Origin: Trichosphaerium sp. ATCC 40318
Taxonomy: Eukaryota > Protista > Tubulinea
Reading direction: 5' to 3'
Assembly (NCBI GenBank): GCA_038496445.1
Contig: JALMLS010000015.1
Span: 620,001 to 684,000, forward strand
Length of the DNA: 64,000 nt
Both the position numbers and the translations under genes were made by a program. The notes beneath the pieces are model-generated. The model saw nothing but the letters and a program-made list of their open reading frames with translations, ran no database searches and was not told the origin of the DNA. Shown here piece by piece: positions 1 through 12,265 of the stretch (position 1 is the first letter of the stretch; each line of letters opens with the position of its first letter).

Positions 1-484
1 TGCGTTTGATCGTTAGTTTCGCTTAAAACGCTGTTAATGACTGTTGTTTACCCTGTAGAAGCTCCAACGCTATGAGGATTTCCTGTACGTGCTCTTTTGT
101 TAATGTACCACCTGATTGCATCAACGGATTTAACACGCATTCAAATATAACGAATGCAGCTATTCAATTGATTAACAAATCGCAAAATTTGGTTCTAAAT
201 AAATTTAGAATGTGCGAAACGCACCATTTTCTTCCTCTACGTCTTGTAGGCGCAGAAAGAAGCGCAGATTTTCTTCCCGTAACTCTTTAACAAACTGCAA
301 AAGCTCGCTCAACCCTTGTTGGCGCAAGTAAGAAAACTTGCCTCGTATCTAGCAAGGTATAAACCTCCTTATTTACAAATAATCGATTTTGTACCTTCGC
401 AAGAAACAAATTTGTCTTAAAATGCATCTCCCGTATCCGACGGTCGGAGTTTAGCCATTGAAGATAGTCGGAGAGTTGCGACAT
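1..484 (-). CDS. 5' part of a spliced hypothetical protein running off the window
   Basis: ATG at 484 (MSQLSDYLQWLNS...); GT..AG introns join open exons (IRGKFSYLRQQGLSELLQF; GGTLTKEHVQEILIALELLQ). No family recognised. Confidence 0.45.
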
Positions 485-669
485 TCCTTCTGCACACCTT
501 GAGCAACCCAGCACTTAAATATATTCATTTTCTCGCTTAAATCTTTCCCACAGATTTAGAACGATAGCCAAACGTCACCACAAAATGACAACTAAAGTAC
601 TTATTTAAATTTGGTTTATAATTACAAGACATCAAGTGTCAAAAAGAGTAAGAAAACATTTGGCAACTC

Positions 670-1453
670 TCAGTGCCTTCGTTTCTTTTTATAGTTGTAG
701 CTAGTATCATAATAGTCGTAATTATCATAGTCATCAGAGTAATCATCATACAGCTCGTCATCTTCTTCGATAATATCGTCGGCAGAGTATCGAATATTTG
801 CTTCCCTACGAACCTCAACTAAGTGGCCGCTATCCCAAAATTTCGTGCATTGCGTGTCAATCGAGTACAATTTTTCTAAAATTTCGTCTTGGTTGCTAAT
901 CATTCCGTCAGCCAAGAATTGACGCCTGTATACACCCAAAGTAGCTTTAATATCTTTCATTGCTGTAGCGTCCTCGCTCGTCCAGTTGTTAGAACGTCCA
1001 AGCGTTGCTGCGCTTACTTCGTTAACACGTTGATGTAAACGCGACACTTCTTCTAGAAAATACGTGGCGTCAAGACATGACAGGTCCGCAGGCGTGTCTG
1101 CAAAATAACAAATGTTTAGTGAATAAATCAGGCCATTTAGCGTACCTTCTGGTTTTGGTTTGCTTGGGACGTTGAAATAATGCTTTTCATTCCCATGCGT
1201 TACAAATAAAAATTCACCATTACATAGCGGCTAAATTGCGGTTAATGGACTCTGTTCGCTGTATTTAGTGTATTCGTACGCAAGTCAGCTTTGATTGCGC
1301 CCATCGAGAAATGCAGCCAAAACAAAATTTGTGTGAGCATTGTAAATGAGCCACAGACGCAGGCGATATCGCGCCAAGACATATCGCACAAGTATCTGCC
1401 TTTGTTGAATCAACACTTGGCTCTAACACCTGTACTTTGCTAGTAGCGAGCAT
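670..1453 (-). CDS. RING-finger (C3HC4) protein with acidic Tyr/Asp tail, 3 exons
   Basis: CAICL..QCSHKFCFGCISRW..KLTC|PLC is completed across a GTACGA..TTAG intron; acidic tail and basic KKKRRH end. Start may instead be the upstream ATG at 1612. Confidence 0.8.
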
Positions 1454-1630
1454 TGTGGTGAAAAGAGCCACAGCCGAAGGCGCCAAACGACTCTGAAACT
1501 TTTTGCAAATCTGTTGAAGGACTTTTTTTGAATTAGGACACAACAAATCAAAGAAGTGACACCATTCAACGATCGTACCGCTTGATTCGAAAATAACCCT
1601 TTGGACTGCCATACTTGCGAAGTACGGACA

Positions 1631-4600
1631 ATGGAGCTACAAGGGGGCGAAATAGGCCCAGGGACTGAAGTACGCGTACTAGATGAGCGCTAGCTCATTG
1701 TTATTAAGGTTTGGGTAACAGCTGGTAATAAAAATGTTTTGTACCTGCGAGGAACAGTAAATACACTAGCCGATGGAAAAGCGCTTGTTTCAGTACCTTC
1801 CGATGATGGTGAAGAGGTACTAGCTTGGGCCAACTGTTTGCTGATAAATAATTGCAGGAAGTTGAAGTTGATGTAAAAGATATGTGGATGGCAAACCCAC
1901 GCATGCTGGAAGGTATTAATGACCTTACACATCTATCCTTATTGGTACGGTTTAGCTTTTTTTGCCTGTTTGGTAGCGTACTACTTTGCCGCGCATACCA
2001 GGGCGTTTGTACAGCAGTAGACTCGTTTTATTATTTTTGGGCCAATGCTCTAACCTTAGACCTAACTATTGATGTACTTAGCACGAACCGGCTGTTTTAC
2101 ACAACTTACACCATCGCTACTTGAATAATGAAATTTATTCATTTTCTGGACCTATTTTGATCGCGGTACACCTCACCAACGCAGCACTGTCGCTTACTTC
2201 GCTAGATAAATCCTTACAGCTCACTTCCAATCTATTCGGAAGAGTTTATAAAGGAATATGCTGGAAAGGACAGAGAACAATTTAAACCGCATGTATACGC
2301 TTTAGCTGAGAATGCTTACCGCTCTATGGTTGATTTTGGTACACAATTCAGTTATTTTTTTTCTCGATTCTTCACTGATGATCATCACTCCTATCTGACA
2401 CTCGAAAAAGGTAAAAATCAATCAGTTCTAGTATCAGGGGAGTCCGGTGCTGGCAAGACTGAGACAACAAAGGTGAGTATGAACAGAAACCAAGTTGTTT
2501 TCTTTAGCAGTTAGTTGATACGCTTTCTAGTTTATTTTGAAGTACTTCGCTGCAATGAACCCAGATGCCACAGAGCAAGGTAACATAGAAGATAAAGTGA
2601 TTGCTAGTACACCTATTCTTGAGGTATGGAAGAACCTATTAGTCAAAGAAAAGAACTTTAGCTAAATTTTTTTTTAAAGGCTTTTGGTAATGCAAAGACA
2701 ACAAGAAATGATAACTCTAGTCGATTTGGTAAATGGCTTCAAGTACAATTCAATGGTAGTGGTGTTATCATTGGTGCGAAACTCCAGACATACTTACTTG
2801 AAAAATCTCGTCTTGCACATCAAGCCGAAGAAGAAAGGAACTATCATGTGTTCTATCAGGTATGTCAATTTTTTTTAATGTGCATTATTTGTATTGTTTG
2901 GTATCTCGCGAAACTGACGCGTGTTATTTTTTTTGTAGTTACTGAAGGGTCTTACACCTGAGCAAAAGGATGAATTACATATTACTGGCTTAGAACCTGA
3001 TTATTTTAACTACCTTAATCAGAGTGGTTGTACCACTCTAGATTCAACTGATGATGCTGTTACATTTGAGGAAACAAAAAGAGCACTTGAGACTATTGGT
3101 ATTGCAGAAGATGAACAAATATACATATGGCGGTATGTTGAAGGATTTGGTTGTTGAGATGTAGTGTACTTATTACTTGTTGTTTTTAGTGTACTGGTTG
3201 GTATTCTGTTTATTGGTAATATTGAAATGGTAGAAGGTGGTGTTGATAAAGCTGCCGTCAGTGCAGAGGTATGTCTTTGTTGTTGCATGTGTTGAAGTGA
3301 TTTTTAACATTGTTTGTTGTTAGGGAGAGGAAATTCTTGGTGTTGCATGTGAGTTGCTTGGTATGGATGTTGAGCGTGTTAGATCAACATTCTTGTCAAA
3401 GACTTTGACTATTAAAGCTGGTCCTCGCCGTAATTCTGTTGTGATGGTTCCACTCAAGGTAGAAGAGGCAGACAATGCACGTGACGCATTCACTATGCTC
3501 GTATATTCACGGTTGTTCGACTGGTCCGTAGAGTGGTGAGAAATACCTTTTTTCGCTTACTCTTTTTGTTAGGCTAGTTGCACGTATTAATACTTGCATT
3601 GATAATCCAAAAGAAACGAAAACATTTATTGGTGTACTTGATATCTACGGATTTGAGTCTTTTGAGTTCAACAGCTTCGAACAATTTTGTATCAACTACG
3701 TGCGTAGTGAAGAAAGAGAGGCTATTTATTTGTTTACAATCTATTAGGCTAATGAAAAATTACAACAACAGTTTAATCAGGTATGCTAGAGCAAGATTTT
3801 AGTGTTAATATTTTATTCTAACCTCCCTCGCTTTAGCATGTTTTTAAAATCGAACAAGAGATCTACAAACGTGAAAAGATTGATTGGGAGTATATTGACT
3901 ACAAAGACAATCAAGCATGTCTAGATTTGATTGAAAAAAGAAATGGTATTTTCTCGGCTCTTGATGAACAGCAAATCATGCCTAACGGCACTGATATGGG
4001 ATTTTGCTCGTACGTAGCGATTTTTTATGTTTTAAAAAGGTTGTATTGTTGGATATTAATCTTCTATGTAGTAAACTAAAGCGTACACGTAATCCGCACC
4101 TGAAGTTTAATAACAAGCTCGAAGATGATCAATTCATTGTATGCCATTATGCTGGTAATATTGTGTACACAGCGCAAGGTTTCATGGAGAAAAACGCTGA
4201 TTATGTGATTGCTCAACAATTGGCTTGTATGAAGAATTCTACAAATCCTTTTGTTTCGGCTATGCTTAAGGTTACACAGAACTTAAAAGCTCAAAGAGCC
4301 AAAGAAAAAGAAGAGAGGCTAAAGAGTAACACATTAGCACCTGGTAGATCAGCAAAGTACCAATAATTGATTTGTTATTTCAATATGAGGTTATAACCTG
4401 TTTGATAGGAGGAGAGTACCAGCTGGTCGTTCACGAACTCGTGGTAATGGAGGTGGAGGCGGTTCTGATCGCCAGTTTGTTAGTATTGGTGCTCAGTTCA
4501 AGGTATACTGCCGTTGTGCAGTGTTTAGCTCGTTATTGACGTCATCTTGTAGGAGTCTTTGAAAGGGCTTATGGAGACTATTCGTACAACAAGCCCACAT

Positions 4601-7600
4601 TATATTAGATGTATTAAACCGAATGAAAAGAAAAAACCTTCTTTATTTTGGAAGACAATGATTCTCTCTCAAGTACGACAACTTTACATACAAGTTTAGT
4701 TTGTAACTAATGGATTTTTATAACAGCTCCGTTGTGGTGGTGTACTTGAAGCAATACGAATTTGTCAAGCTGGGTATCCAAGTAGAAGAAAATATCAAGA
4801 ATTCTTTGAGAGGTATGGATTTGCACATTGGTTTTTTAGGTGTTTGTTGAAATAGTTACTGACTATCTTGTAGATACAATTTACTTGTTGCTTCAAAGCA
4901 TTTGCCTTCATCTCCTGAGAACGACTTTAGAGCAGCCACTATGGCTGTTGTAAATGAGTTAAAGCTTGACAAGGCTTTAATTCAGTGTGGTATTAATAGA
5001 CTATTCCTAAAAGTTGGTGTATTAGCAAAGTTTGAAGAGACTCGCAGAAGAAAGCGTGGCGGTGCTGCTATTTTAATTCAAAAGAACTGGAAGAAGTACA
5101 TGGCAGTGCGATCATATAGAAAGATAAGAAATGCAACAATCAAAATACAGTCGTGTACGTAGCACTCGCTTTGTGTTGTTTATTTCTGACGCTCTTTCTT
5201 GTAGTTTGTAGGATGATTATTGGTAAGAAAGCTGCTGTATTTATAAAGCAAAGTAGTGGCGCTATTAAACTACAATCACTCATAAGAATGTGGTCTAAGT
5301 ATGAACAATACGATTTAGATCGTAGTCGCGTTATTGCAATTCAAACAAGTGCGTAAAACAGTTGCATTGTTTTTTCTTAGTGTTATTTTTCTAGGCATTA
5401 GACAAACTATTGCTGATAGGGAGTACTTTGAAACACGGCAGAACCACTATGTCTGTGTATTACAGAGCCTTACTCGTATGTACAATGAACGCAAGATGTT
5501 CAATGATTGGCGTTATGGTACAGTAACAGCTCAAAAGCTTTGGAGAGCAAAATTGGCAAGGTATGGCGTTAATATCAACTTGTACTTAACCTTTGTTAAG
5601 GCGTGTTTTACGTAAACTTAAGTTGGAAGCTAAGAACTTGAATAATGTAAAGCAACAAAAGGAAGAACTAGAAGAAAAGCTTAAAGCATTGAGTGAGCAA
5701 GTAAAGACACTTAATAACGTCAACGAGGAACTCAGAAATCAAAGTCAAAGTTCGCAAGTAGTCGATGCTGCTCTACAAGATAAAGAAGCCACGATATCAA
5801 CGTTAGAGGCTGAATTAAGTACTGTGAAGCAACGAGAGGAAGAACTAGCTGGGCATGTAAGCACATACGAAGATGAGTTGGCAAAATTCCGCCGACGAGA
5901 AGCAGAGTTGAGCGAGCGTGAGGAAGCTCTTAAAAAACACCTTGAAGAGAAAGAAGAAGCTTTACAACAAATGAGCGAACGCGAAAAAGAAAAGGGATCA
6001 GCTCTACAGCGTGTTCTAGAACGAGAAAAGACACTACAACTAAAACTACGCACTTCTGAGTCATCCCTTGCTCTACACCTAAACAGCCCTAAAGACGATA
6101 CCACTGAAAAAGAAGACGCAGTGCAGTCATTGAGAGAGCAACTAAAAGAGTTACGTGACCGTAACGAAGAATTAGCAAAAGAGGTTGAGGACAAAACAAT
6201 CACAATAGAACACCTTGAACAATCTCAAGGTAGTCACAGCAGGTCAAACTCTGCTTCTTTAGCAGATGTAACACAAGAGATGGAGTCTATGTACAGAACG
6301 GGTGGTTTACAAGGAGATGAGCTTGACCAGTTACGTACTAGACTTGACAGCGGTGTTTCTTCTAGCAGTAACGTAAGTGATCTACAAAAAAGTGTTGCTT
6401 TGTTACAGTTCGAAAACGAGCAGCTTAAGGACCGTCTTCATGATCTAGAGAGTAACAAATGCCTTGATGATCTACATCAAGAGAACGTATCTCTAAGACA
6501 AAGATTAGAGTCTGTTACAGAGAGTGTCGCTCCAGAGAACGCTGATTACCTTAAAGAGGTCTTATTGAAGTGTCAATCCTTAGAAAAGCAGAATGAAGAG
6601 CTTCAAACTAAGCTAAGAAACAGCAGTGTGTCTTCAGCTGATAGGCCTTCACCTGTTGTTGAGAGATCGAAACCAATACCTGCATCTACACCTATACCTA
6701 TACAAGCGCCTGTTCCTGTTGTACCTAATGGTACAAGTGCAACTACTACTGTTTCTTCAAGGACTAGTAGAAGATCAAGAAAGAGTTTTGCAGGCAGCAT
6801 TATTGCTGAAAATAGTAGTTCTCCTAAAAGAACTTATGTTGACTTTTTTACTGCTAAAGTAACTGGTCGTCGTTCTGTATCTAAGCCAAGACCACTTCCA
6901 ACCGGTGCACCAACACAAGCTGATACGGTACGCGTATAAAACAAACAAAAAGAAAAGTTTAACTGCTTTTTTGAAGTGTTCTTTATCGCTGTTCTTCTTG
7001 TTTACCCTTCTGTTTTAGGCTGAGAACCAAGTTGTTAGTAAACCTCCAGTAGCACGTCCTAATGCTAGTAATAATAAAAAGATGAAGGTAGTGACTAGAA
7101 AGTCATTTAATGCAACTAAAACGCTTGGTTGGCTTGGACGAAGCATCTTTAGAAGAAAGGTAAATACCCTTAACAACTTTGTTACGTTACTCACTTGTTT
7201 CTGTTTAGCAAGTTGTAAAAGGAATGCTATTCTGTGTGTTGAACACATCTGTAATCACTTATCACAGTGAAGTAGAATTTCTGAGTTCTGAGTTCTGTTG
7301 TCAGCCTGGTACAAACAACTGGTTGCTTCACGGAACTCAAAAGAAATTATTTACTTGGAGTATCCATCAAATGGCTGAATCTCAGCCTACAGATGTTTGT
7401 AGATATGATTTCTATCATGCACTTGCTTTGGGTAATAGTATAATGAGAGATTCACCACGTACGTTTGAACAGTTTCTGTACTCGCTGTGTTTTTTTTGAC
7501 TCTTTCTTAAAGAACCAAAGATCAGATTCTCTATTCCTAATGATGGTCTACTTGGTTGTATTCTAGTCATTAGACGTCCAGAGGGTCCGTGGGTTGATGA

Positions 7601-7990
7601 AAATTATAAACATGTACTTGATACTTGCATTCGACTTCGTTCAAGTACGTCTAGTTTGTTTTTTTTTGTTGACTGATGACAACTCCGTTTGCCTGTGTAC
7701 TATTTGTGTAACTAACTTAATATCTTAGAACAAAAATTTGCAATTGTATCCACCCTTGGAGATGTTAAAGATCCTCCTGAAACATTCAATGTTCAAACAA
7801 CTGGAACTTTCTCTTTTTCTGGAACCGTATGTTTTCCTTTCTCAACTTTTTTTAAATGTTTTTTTTTGAATCTCTGTCTTTCGTTCTTTGTTGGCTTATG
7901 TTTACTTTTTTTTAGGGCTATGATAATGACGCTAAAGTTGTTGATAATCTTTTAAAATTTGCTCATGCTGAAGCATCAAAGCAATTGTAG
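1631..7990 (+). CDS. Myosin heavy chain (class V/XI-like head, IQ motifs, coiled coil, unrecognised tail), >20 exons
   Basis: [10 protein letters not shown]-loop [12 protein letters not shown], switch [19 protein letters not shown], switch [32 protein letters not shown] motifs ([24 protein letters not shown]), long coiled coil in exon ~5601-6927; stop TAG at 7988-7990. Confidence 0.95.
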
Positions 7991-8342
7991 CACCATTGTT
8001 TTTTTTTCCCGAAATTTCCTGAAAAAACCAGAAAAAAACCTCCTCAGCTCATACTCTTCGTATCGTGTATGTATGTACTTTTACATCGTAAATAAATAAA
8101 AACAGTTAAGACAAATCACTACAGATAAAAGGCGTTAAACAATACTGCGACTATTTAGACTTACAGTTGATATAACCCATTGTTTTTGTGTTCTATTGAT
8201 AAGGTTCTTTTGCAAAAAATTCTTGTCACTGACTTGTTACATATACCACGGCTTTGAACCTTATGTTTTGTTGGGTAAGATAGTATCCTTAACACCACAT
8301 CAGTTTAAGCCAGTCGGTACACGCAAGCAACACAGCATCAAC

Positions 8343-9266
8343 ATGAGCGCAACAAAAAAAAAAGAAGCTGAACAAATAAAACCCGTTTCACAGTTGCCAC
8401 CAGAGATGGTAACACTAATTCTGAAAAATTTAAACAAAAAACAGCGTATAAACGCTTCTGCAGTTTCACGCTTGTTTAATGACATCATTCGGCACGATGT
8501 TGGTATTGAATGGCTATGTATGCTCCATCCCAAAGATTGTCGCTTTCTAAAACGTAGTCCGCTCCTTAAAAACACCATAATTTGCTTCAATTGGATAGTG
8601 GTATCAAGAACCGATTTAGCCTATCTTGTTGGTGTGCAGAGAATAGATTTACAAACTATAGAACCAAATGATGATGATATTCGAGTGTTACTACAAGATG
8701 GAAAGCACTCGATTCGCGAGATTGACTTGAGAGGTGCCGCCATAACCGATGTTTCTTTAAAGGCACTCAAAGGTGTTCATACGATTAACATTATTGAATG
8801 TCCTGTCACTGTTGAAGGAATAAAGGCTCTCAAAGATGCACATTGTGTAACTGTTCATGAAGCAGCAGACTCATGGCTAAAAGAACTTTGCAATGTACAC
8901 ACTCTCGTTATCACTTATGGATTCGGATGTACAGATGAAGGCATCAAAGCATTGACAGGTGTGAAGTGCCTTAAGATGTGTTTTAATGAGACGACAGGAT
9001 CAGGTTTGAAAGACTTGGTTAACCTTGAAAGTCTCACACTTGGGTTTTTTGATAATCTGACAGATGATAGTTTGAAGCACCTGGATAATCTCAAACACTT
9101 GGAACTTCAGCATTGTCCAACTGTCACAAGTTCAGTTTTGAAATCTTTGAAGTCTCTTAAATCTGTCTGTGTTGATTACAGATGCCAGATTACAAGAAAA
9201 GATGTTGAGTCATTGGGTTTAGTATGGATTGAAGAAGAAATCTGGTGGCCCAGAATTGTTGCATAG
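8343..9266 (+). CDS. F-box + leucine-rich-repeat protein, intronless
   Basis: LPPEMVTLILKNL...ASAVSRLFNDII F-box; repeats such as ITDVSLKALKGVHTINI and TDEGIKALTGVKCL. Confidence 0.85.
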   Translation: MSATKKKEAEQIKPVSQLPPEMVTLILKNLNKKQRINASAVSRLFNDIIRHDVGIEWLCMLHPKDCRFLKRSPLLKNTIICFNWIVVSRTDLAYLVGVQRIDLQTIEPNDDDIRVLLQDGKHSIREIDLRGAAITDVSLKALKGVHTINIIECPVTVEGIKALKDAHCVTVHEAADSWLKELCNVHTLVITYGFGCTDEGIKALTGVKCLKMCFNETTGSGLKDLVNLESLTLGFFDNLTDDSLKHLDNLKHLELQHCPTVTSSVLKSLKSLKSVCVDYRCQITRKDVESLGLVWIEEEIWWPRIVA

Positions 9267-9469
9267 ACAAGCAGGATGATAGAATAGCATCATTGGAAAA
9301 CATTTCTAAAACTTCATCTACTTGTGATAGCAACGTGTTTATTTAATAAATAGATTACATACAACCTATGCATTACTGAAGATATACTTTAAAATACTAA
9401 ATTTATATGTAGTTCAGTTTCATCAAGACTGCAAGACTTTAATGAATGGTAGCCGTTTTGATCTCATAG

Positions 9470-10480
9470 AAAAACTGACATGTGTCCCTCGATAAACTAA
9501 CCAAAAGGTAGTTTCCTATCCGTATGTATTGTATGGTTGGGATAGCAAACCTAGATACGCATTGGTAAGTACATGTCATGCAAAGCTATTCAGCATTTGC
9601 TGAAACTGAGAACCAAGAACCGCTAGTGACTTAATTGATTCTGAAACACTCTTAATCATGGATACCACGCTTGCAGATGTACCCAATGAAATCAATGTCA
9701 TGATTCTAAACTATTTAAACGATAGAGATAGATGTAATTCAGCGCAAGTGAATACAGTGTTTAGAGATCTAATACATGATTACGTTGGTTACAGAACAGT
9801 TAACATACCTTCTTTTCCCTCTGCTCAATTACTTTCGAAGTATCCCTATATTCTTAAAACAGCGCACGTGTATTGCCCGAGACCTACAGATGATATTTTG
9901 ATCGCACTTGAAGGCATCAAGTACTTCAGGGGTGGACAAAATATGGTTTTCTATAGAGCTGTTACTAGCTCAGCTATTTTGCCTTCTCTTGTACCAAGGA
10001 GGGGCCCTGTTCACCCTCTCGTTACAGACAAGGGGTGTAAGTATCTATCTGGAGCACATACAGTGAACTTGTGTGAATGTGGTAACATTACAGATGAAGG
10101 GATCAAACATCTTAAAGGCATTCATACTATTAACCTTGGAAATTGTAACAGAATAACAGATAAAGGTGTTGCAATGTTGGCAGGTGTTCATGATATCGAT
10201 CTTTCTTTCTGTTCTAGTGTATCTGATAAAGGCATTAAAGCTCTCAAAGGAGTACATACCATAAAACTTTACAGATGTGACATGATTACATGTGATGGTA
10301 TCATGGCTTTAAGTGGTGCTGATACAATAGATATACGATTTTGTTTTAAAATTACATATGATGTCATTGGTATGCTACAAAGAGCAAAGGTTGCAAGGAA
10401 TATCACAACATAATATGATAATCGAATACAATGTTTGTAGCGACATAGTTACCACCTTTAGACAGTAAATAAATTACTCT
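9470..10480. repeat. Inverted duplicate of ~30555-31575 (F-box-LRR gene plus flanks)
   Basis: Coding sequence and both flanks align in reverse complement. Confidence 0.85.
9658..10413 (+). CDS. F-box + LRR protein, intronless (paralog of 30613-31377)
   Basis: LADVPNEINVMILNYL F-box; ITDEGIKHLKGIHTINLGNC repeats. Confidence 0.85.
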   Translation: MDTTLADVPNEINVMILNYLNDRDRCNSAQVNTVFRDLIHDYVGYRTVNIPSFPSAQLLSKYPYILKTAHVYCPRPTDDILIALEGIKYFRGGQNMVFYRAVTSSAILPSLVPRRGPVHPLVTDKGCKYLSGAHTVNLCECGNITDEGIKHLKGIHTINLGNCNRITDKGVAMLAGVHDIDLSFCSSVSDKGIKALKGVHTIKLYRCDMITCDGIMALSGADTIDIRFCFKITYDVIGMLQRAKVARNITT

Positions 10481-10676
10481 GTTATAATTTAATATCTTGT
10501 TGGATGGCACTCGTATTATTAATGCTACTACCTAACTAATTTATGTTACTTTGGAAATGAGGTTGTTATCATATAGTCTATAAATTAAAAAACGCTAGAA
10601 AAAGAAAAAGGACCAATGCAAGTGTGGTATGCGTTGTTGTGGCCATTTTAGTTTGCAATGACATTTTTGTATTTTC

Positions 10677-10685
10677 ATACCACAA
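10677..10685 (+). promoter_or_regulatory. Candidate snRNA upstream element ATACCACAA (mirror copy 13360-13368, minus strand)
   Basis: About 59 nt upstream of the U2 start; similar in position and sequence to the Dictyostelium upstream sequence element WCCCAYAA. Confidence 0.4.
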
Positions 10686-10735
10686 TTAAAAATATGTGTT
10701 GCATGATAAAGCATGTTCAAATGCACCTAATAAGC

Positions 10736-10793
10736 AACCTTCTCGGCCTTTTGGCTAAGATCAAGTGTAGTATCTGTTCTATTCAGTTTAATC
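10736..10793 (+). pseudogene. 3'-truncated U2 snRNA copy
   Basis: AACCTTCTCGGCCTTTTGGCTAAGATCAAGTGTAGTATCTGTTCTATTCAGTTTAATC is identical to the full copy, then breaks off before the Sm site. Confidence 0.85.
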
Positions 10794-11488
10794 GATCTTA
10801 GCCAACCATCTTAAAACGAAAAATCCATAAAATCTCACCTGCTTCCTGTTGATGCACTACACCAACCGGACATTCAAGACCAGTATGCAGCTTCTCTTTT
10901 TCTAACGCATGCTCTATCAGAGTGACATCCACATTGACTAGTGCATACAACTTCACTATTAACTAATAAAAGTACAAAGGCATAGGTGATTAATCTAACA
11001 AAGATACTGGCATGAATATCCAACTTTATGTACTTTTTCATAATTCAGAAATTTAAGAATCAATCAAGCAAGCCACAGCGAGTTCTAAAATGAGTTAGCT
11101 TGTTACTGTGTATTCACTCCTAAAAACAATGTTAACAATTTAAGGTCCAGAAGATGTTGAGATTCCTGTGTGACCATGTAATTATCGACAACCGTCTAAT
11201 TGAGAAAAAATCGGTACAAATAAGTGAAATTTACACTTTGAGCTCAATGAAGTTCAAACTCGAGTAACTACAATGAGCGTCTAGTATAAAAACATAAATA
11301 CGACAATCTTTGTGTGCGCCTCTGTGCGAAAAACATAAAGTTGAAATAATTGGGTGCCATTAATGTGAAATGCGGTGCTAAAAATAAACTATTAAATATA
11401 TTTCAGTGAACAAAGTAAAATTAATAGAGTCAACAAACGCCACCCATTAAACACATACGCTACCTATTCCTCACAAGTTTAAGCTGGA

Positions 11489-12265
11489 ATGGTTGACTAC
11501 AAAATTATCGTAGTTGGCCCTGCAGGGGTTGGAAAATCAGCAACAACATTACAATTTATTAAAACCATATTTCTTCAAGAATACGACTCAATCGAAGACA
11601 ATTCGTGAGCACGGAGCTTTTTTTAACGTTTTAAAAGTCTAAAACAGTTACAAAACTTAACGCTCACCCACGCTTTAAGGTATTCCAAGCAAGCCACCAT
11701 AGACAAAAAACCTGCAATATTTGAAGTTCTAGACACAACAGAAACTGACGACCACTGGAACCAGAAAGACCTGGTAATTAAATAAATTGTTTTAGGTTGG
11801 ATCAATCTAACAGGTTGTAGTGCATTCGAGTCGCTCATGGTATTATTTTAATGTACAGCATCACAGACAGAGGTTCATTTGAAAAGATGCAAGGCTTATT
11901 TGACAGGGTTTACAGGTAACTGAGCTAAACTCTCTTGCCTACTATTTTCGCAACACAGTTTCATGAGCTGTTACACATATGACAACTTTGTTGTTTTATT
12001 ACATCCATAACACTAAATATTGTTTGATAGAGTAAAAGAATTGAACCCAGACAAAATTCCTATTGTACTTGTAGGAAATAAAGTAGACTTGGAAGAAGAA
12101 GATAGACAAGTAACCACAAAAGAAGGAATCAAACTTGCACAAAAGAATGAATGTTTATTTGTTGAAGCATCTGCCAAAACACGTGTCAATGTTGATGAAC
12201 AGTTTTATGATCTTGTTAGAGAAATTCGTACCTTAGATAGGCAACGGGGATGTATTGTAATGTGA
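11489..12265 (+). CDS. Divergent Ras-family GTPase, 4 exons
   Basis: [31 protein letters not shown]; switch regions altered (EYDSIED, DTTETD). Confidence 0.88.

Larger units (their letters stand above)
10544..10793. repeat. Left arm of a 250-bp inverted repeat (right arm 13252-13501): U2 upstream region plus first 58 nt of U2
   Basis: Reverse-complement match read by eye with only 2 mismatches noticed. Confidence 0.92.

Noticed and set aside
1612-1631. Divergent start codons only 18 bp apart (RING and myosin)
   Set aside because: The RING gene more plausibly starts at 1453, leaving a normal short promoter.
5745-6203. Long antisense ORFs (also 17116-17514, 40503-40877, 56728-57222)
   Set aside because: Shadows of repetitive or biased coding sequence on the opposite strand.
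8281-8305. GTATCCTTAAC resembling U12-type donor and branch site
   Set aside because: No matching partner site and no intron is needed; it lies upstream of the likely start codon.
9940-10025. Diversity-generating-retroelement-type mutagenesis of the variable patch
   Set aside because: Differences are not adenine-specific and no reverse transcriptase is present.
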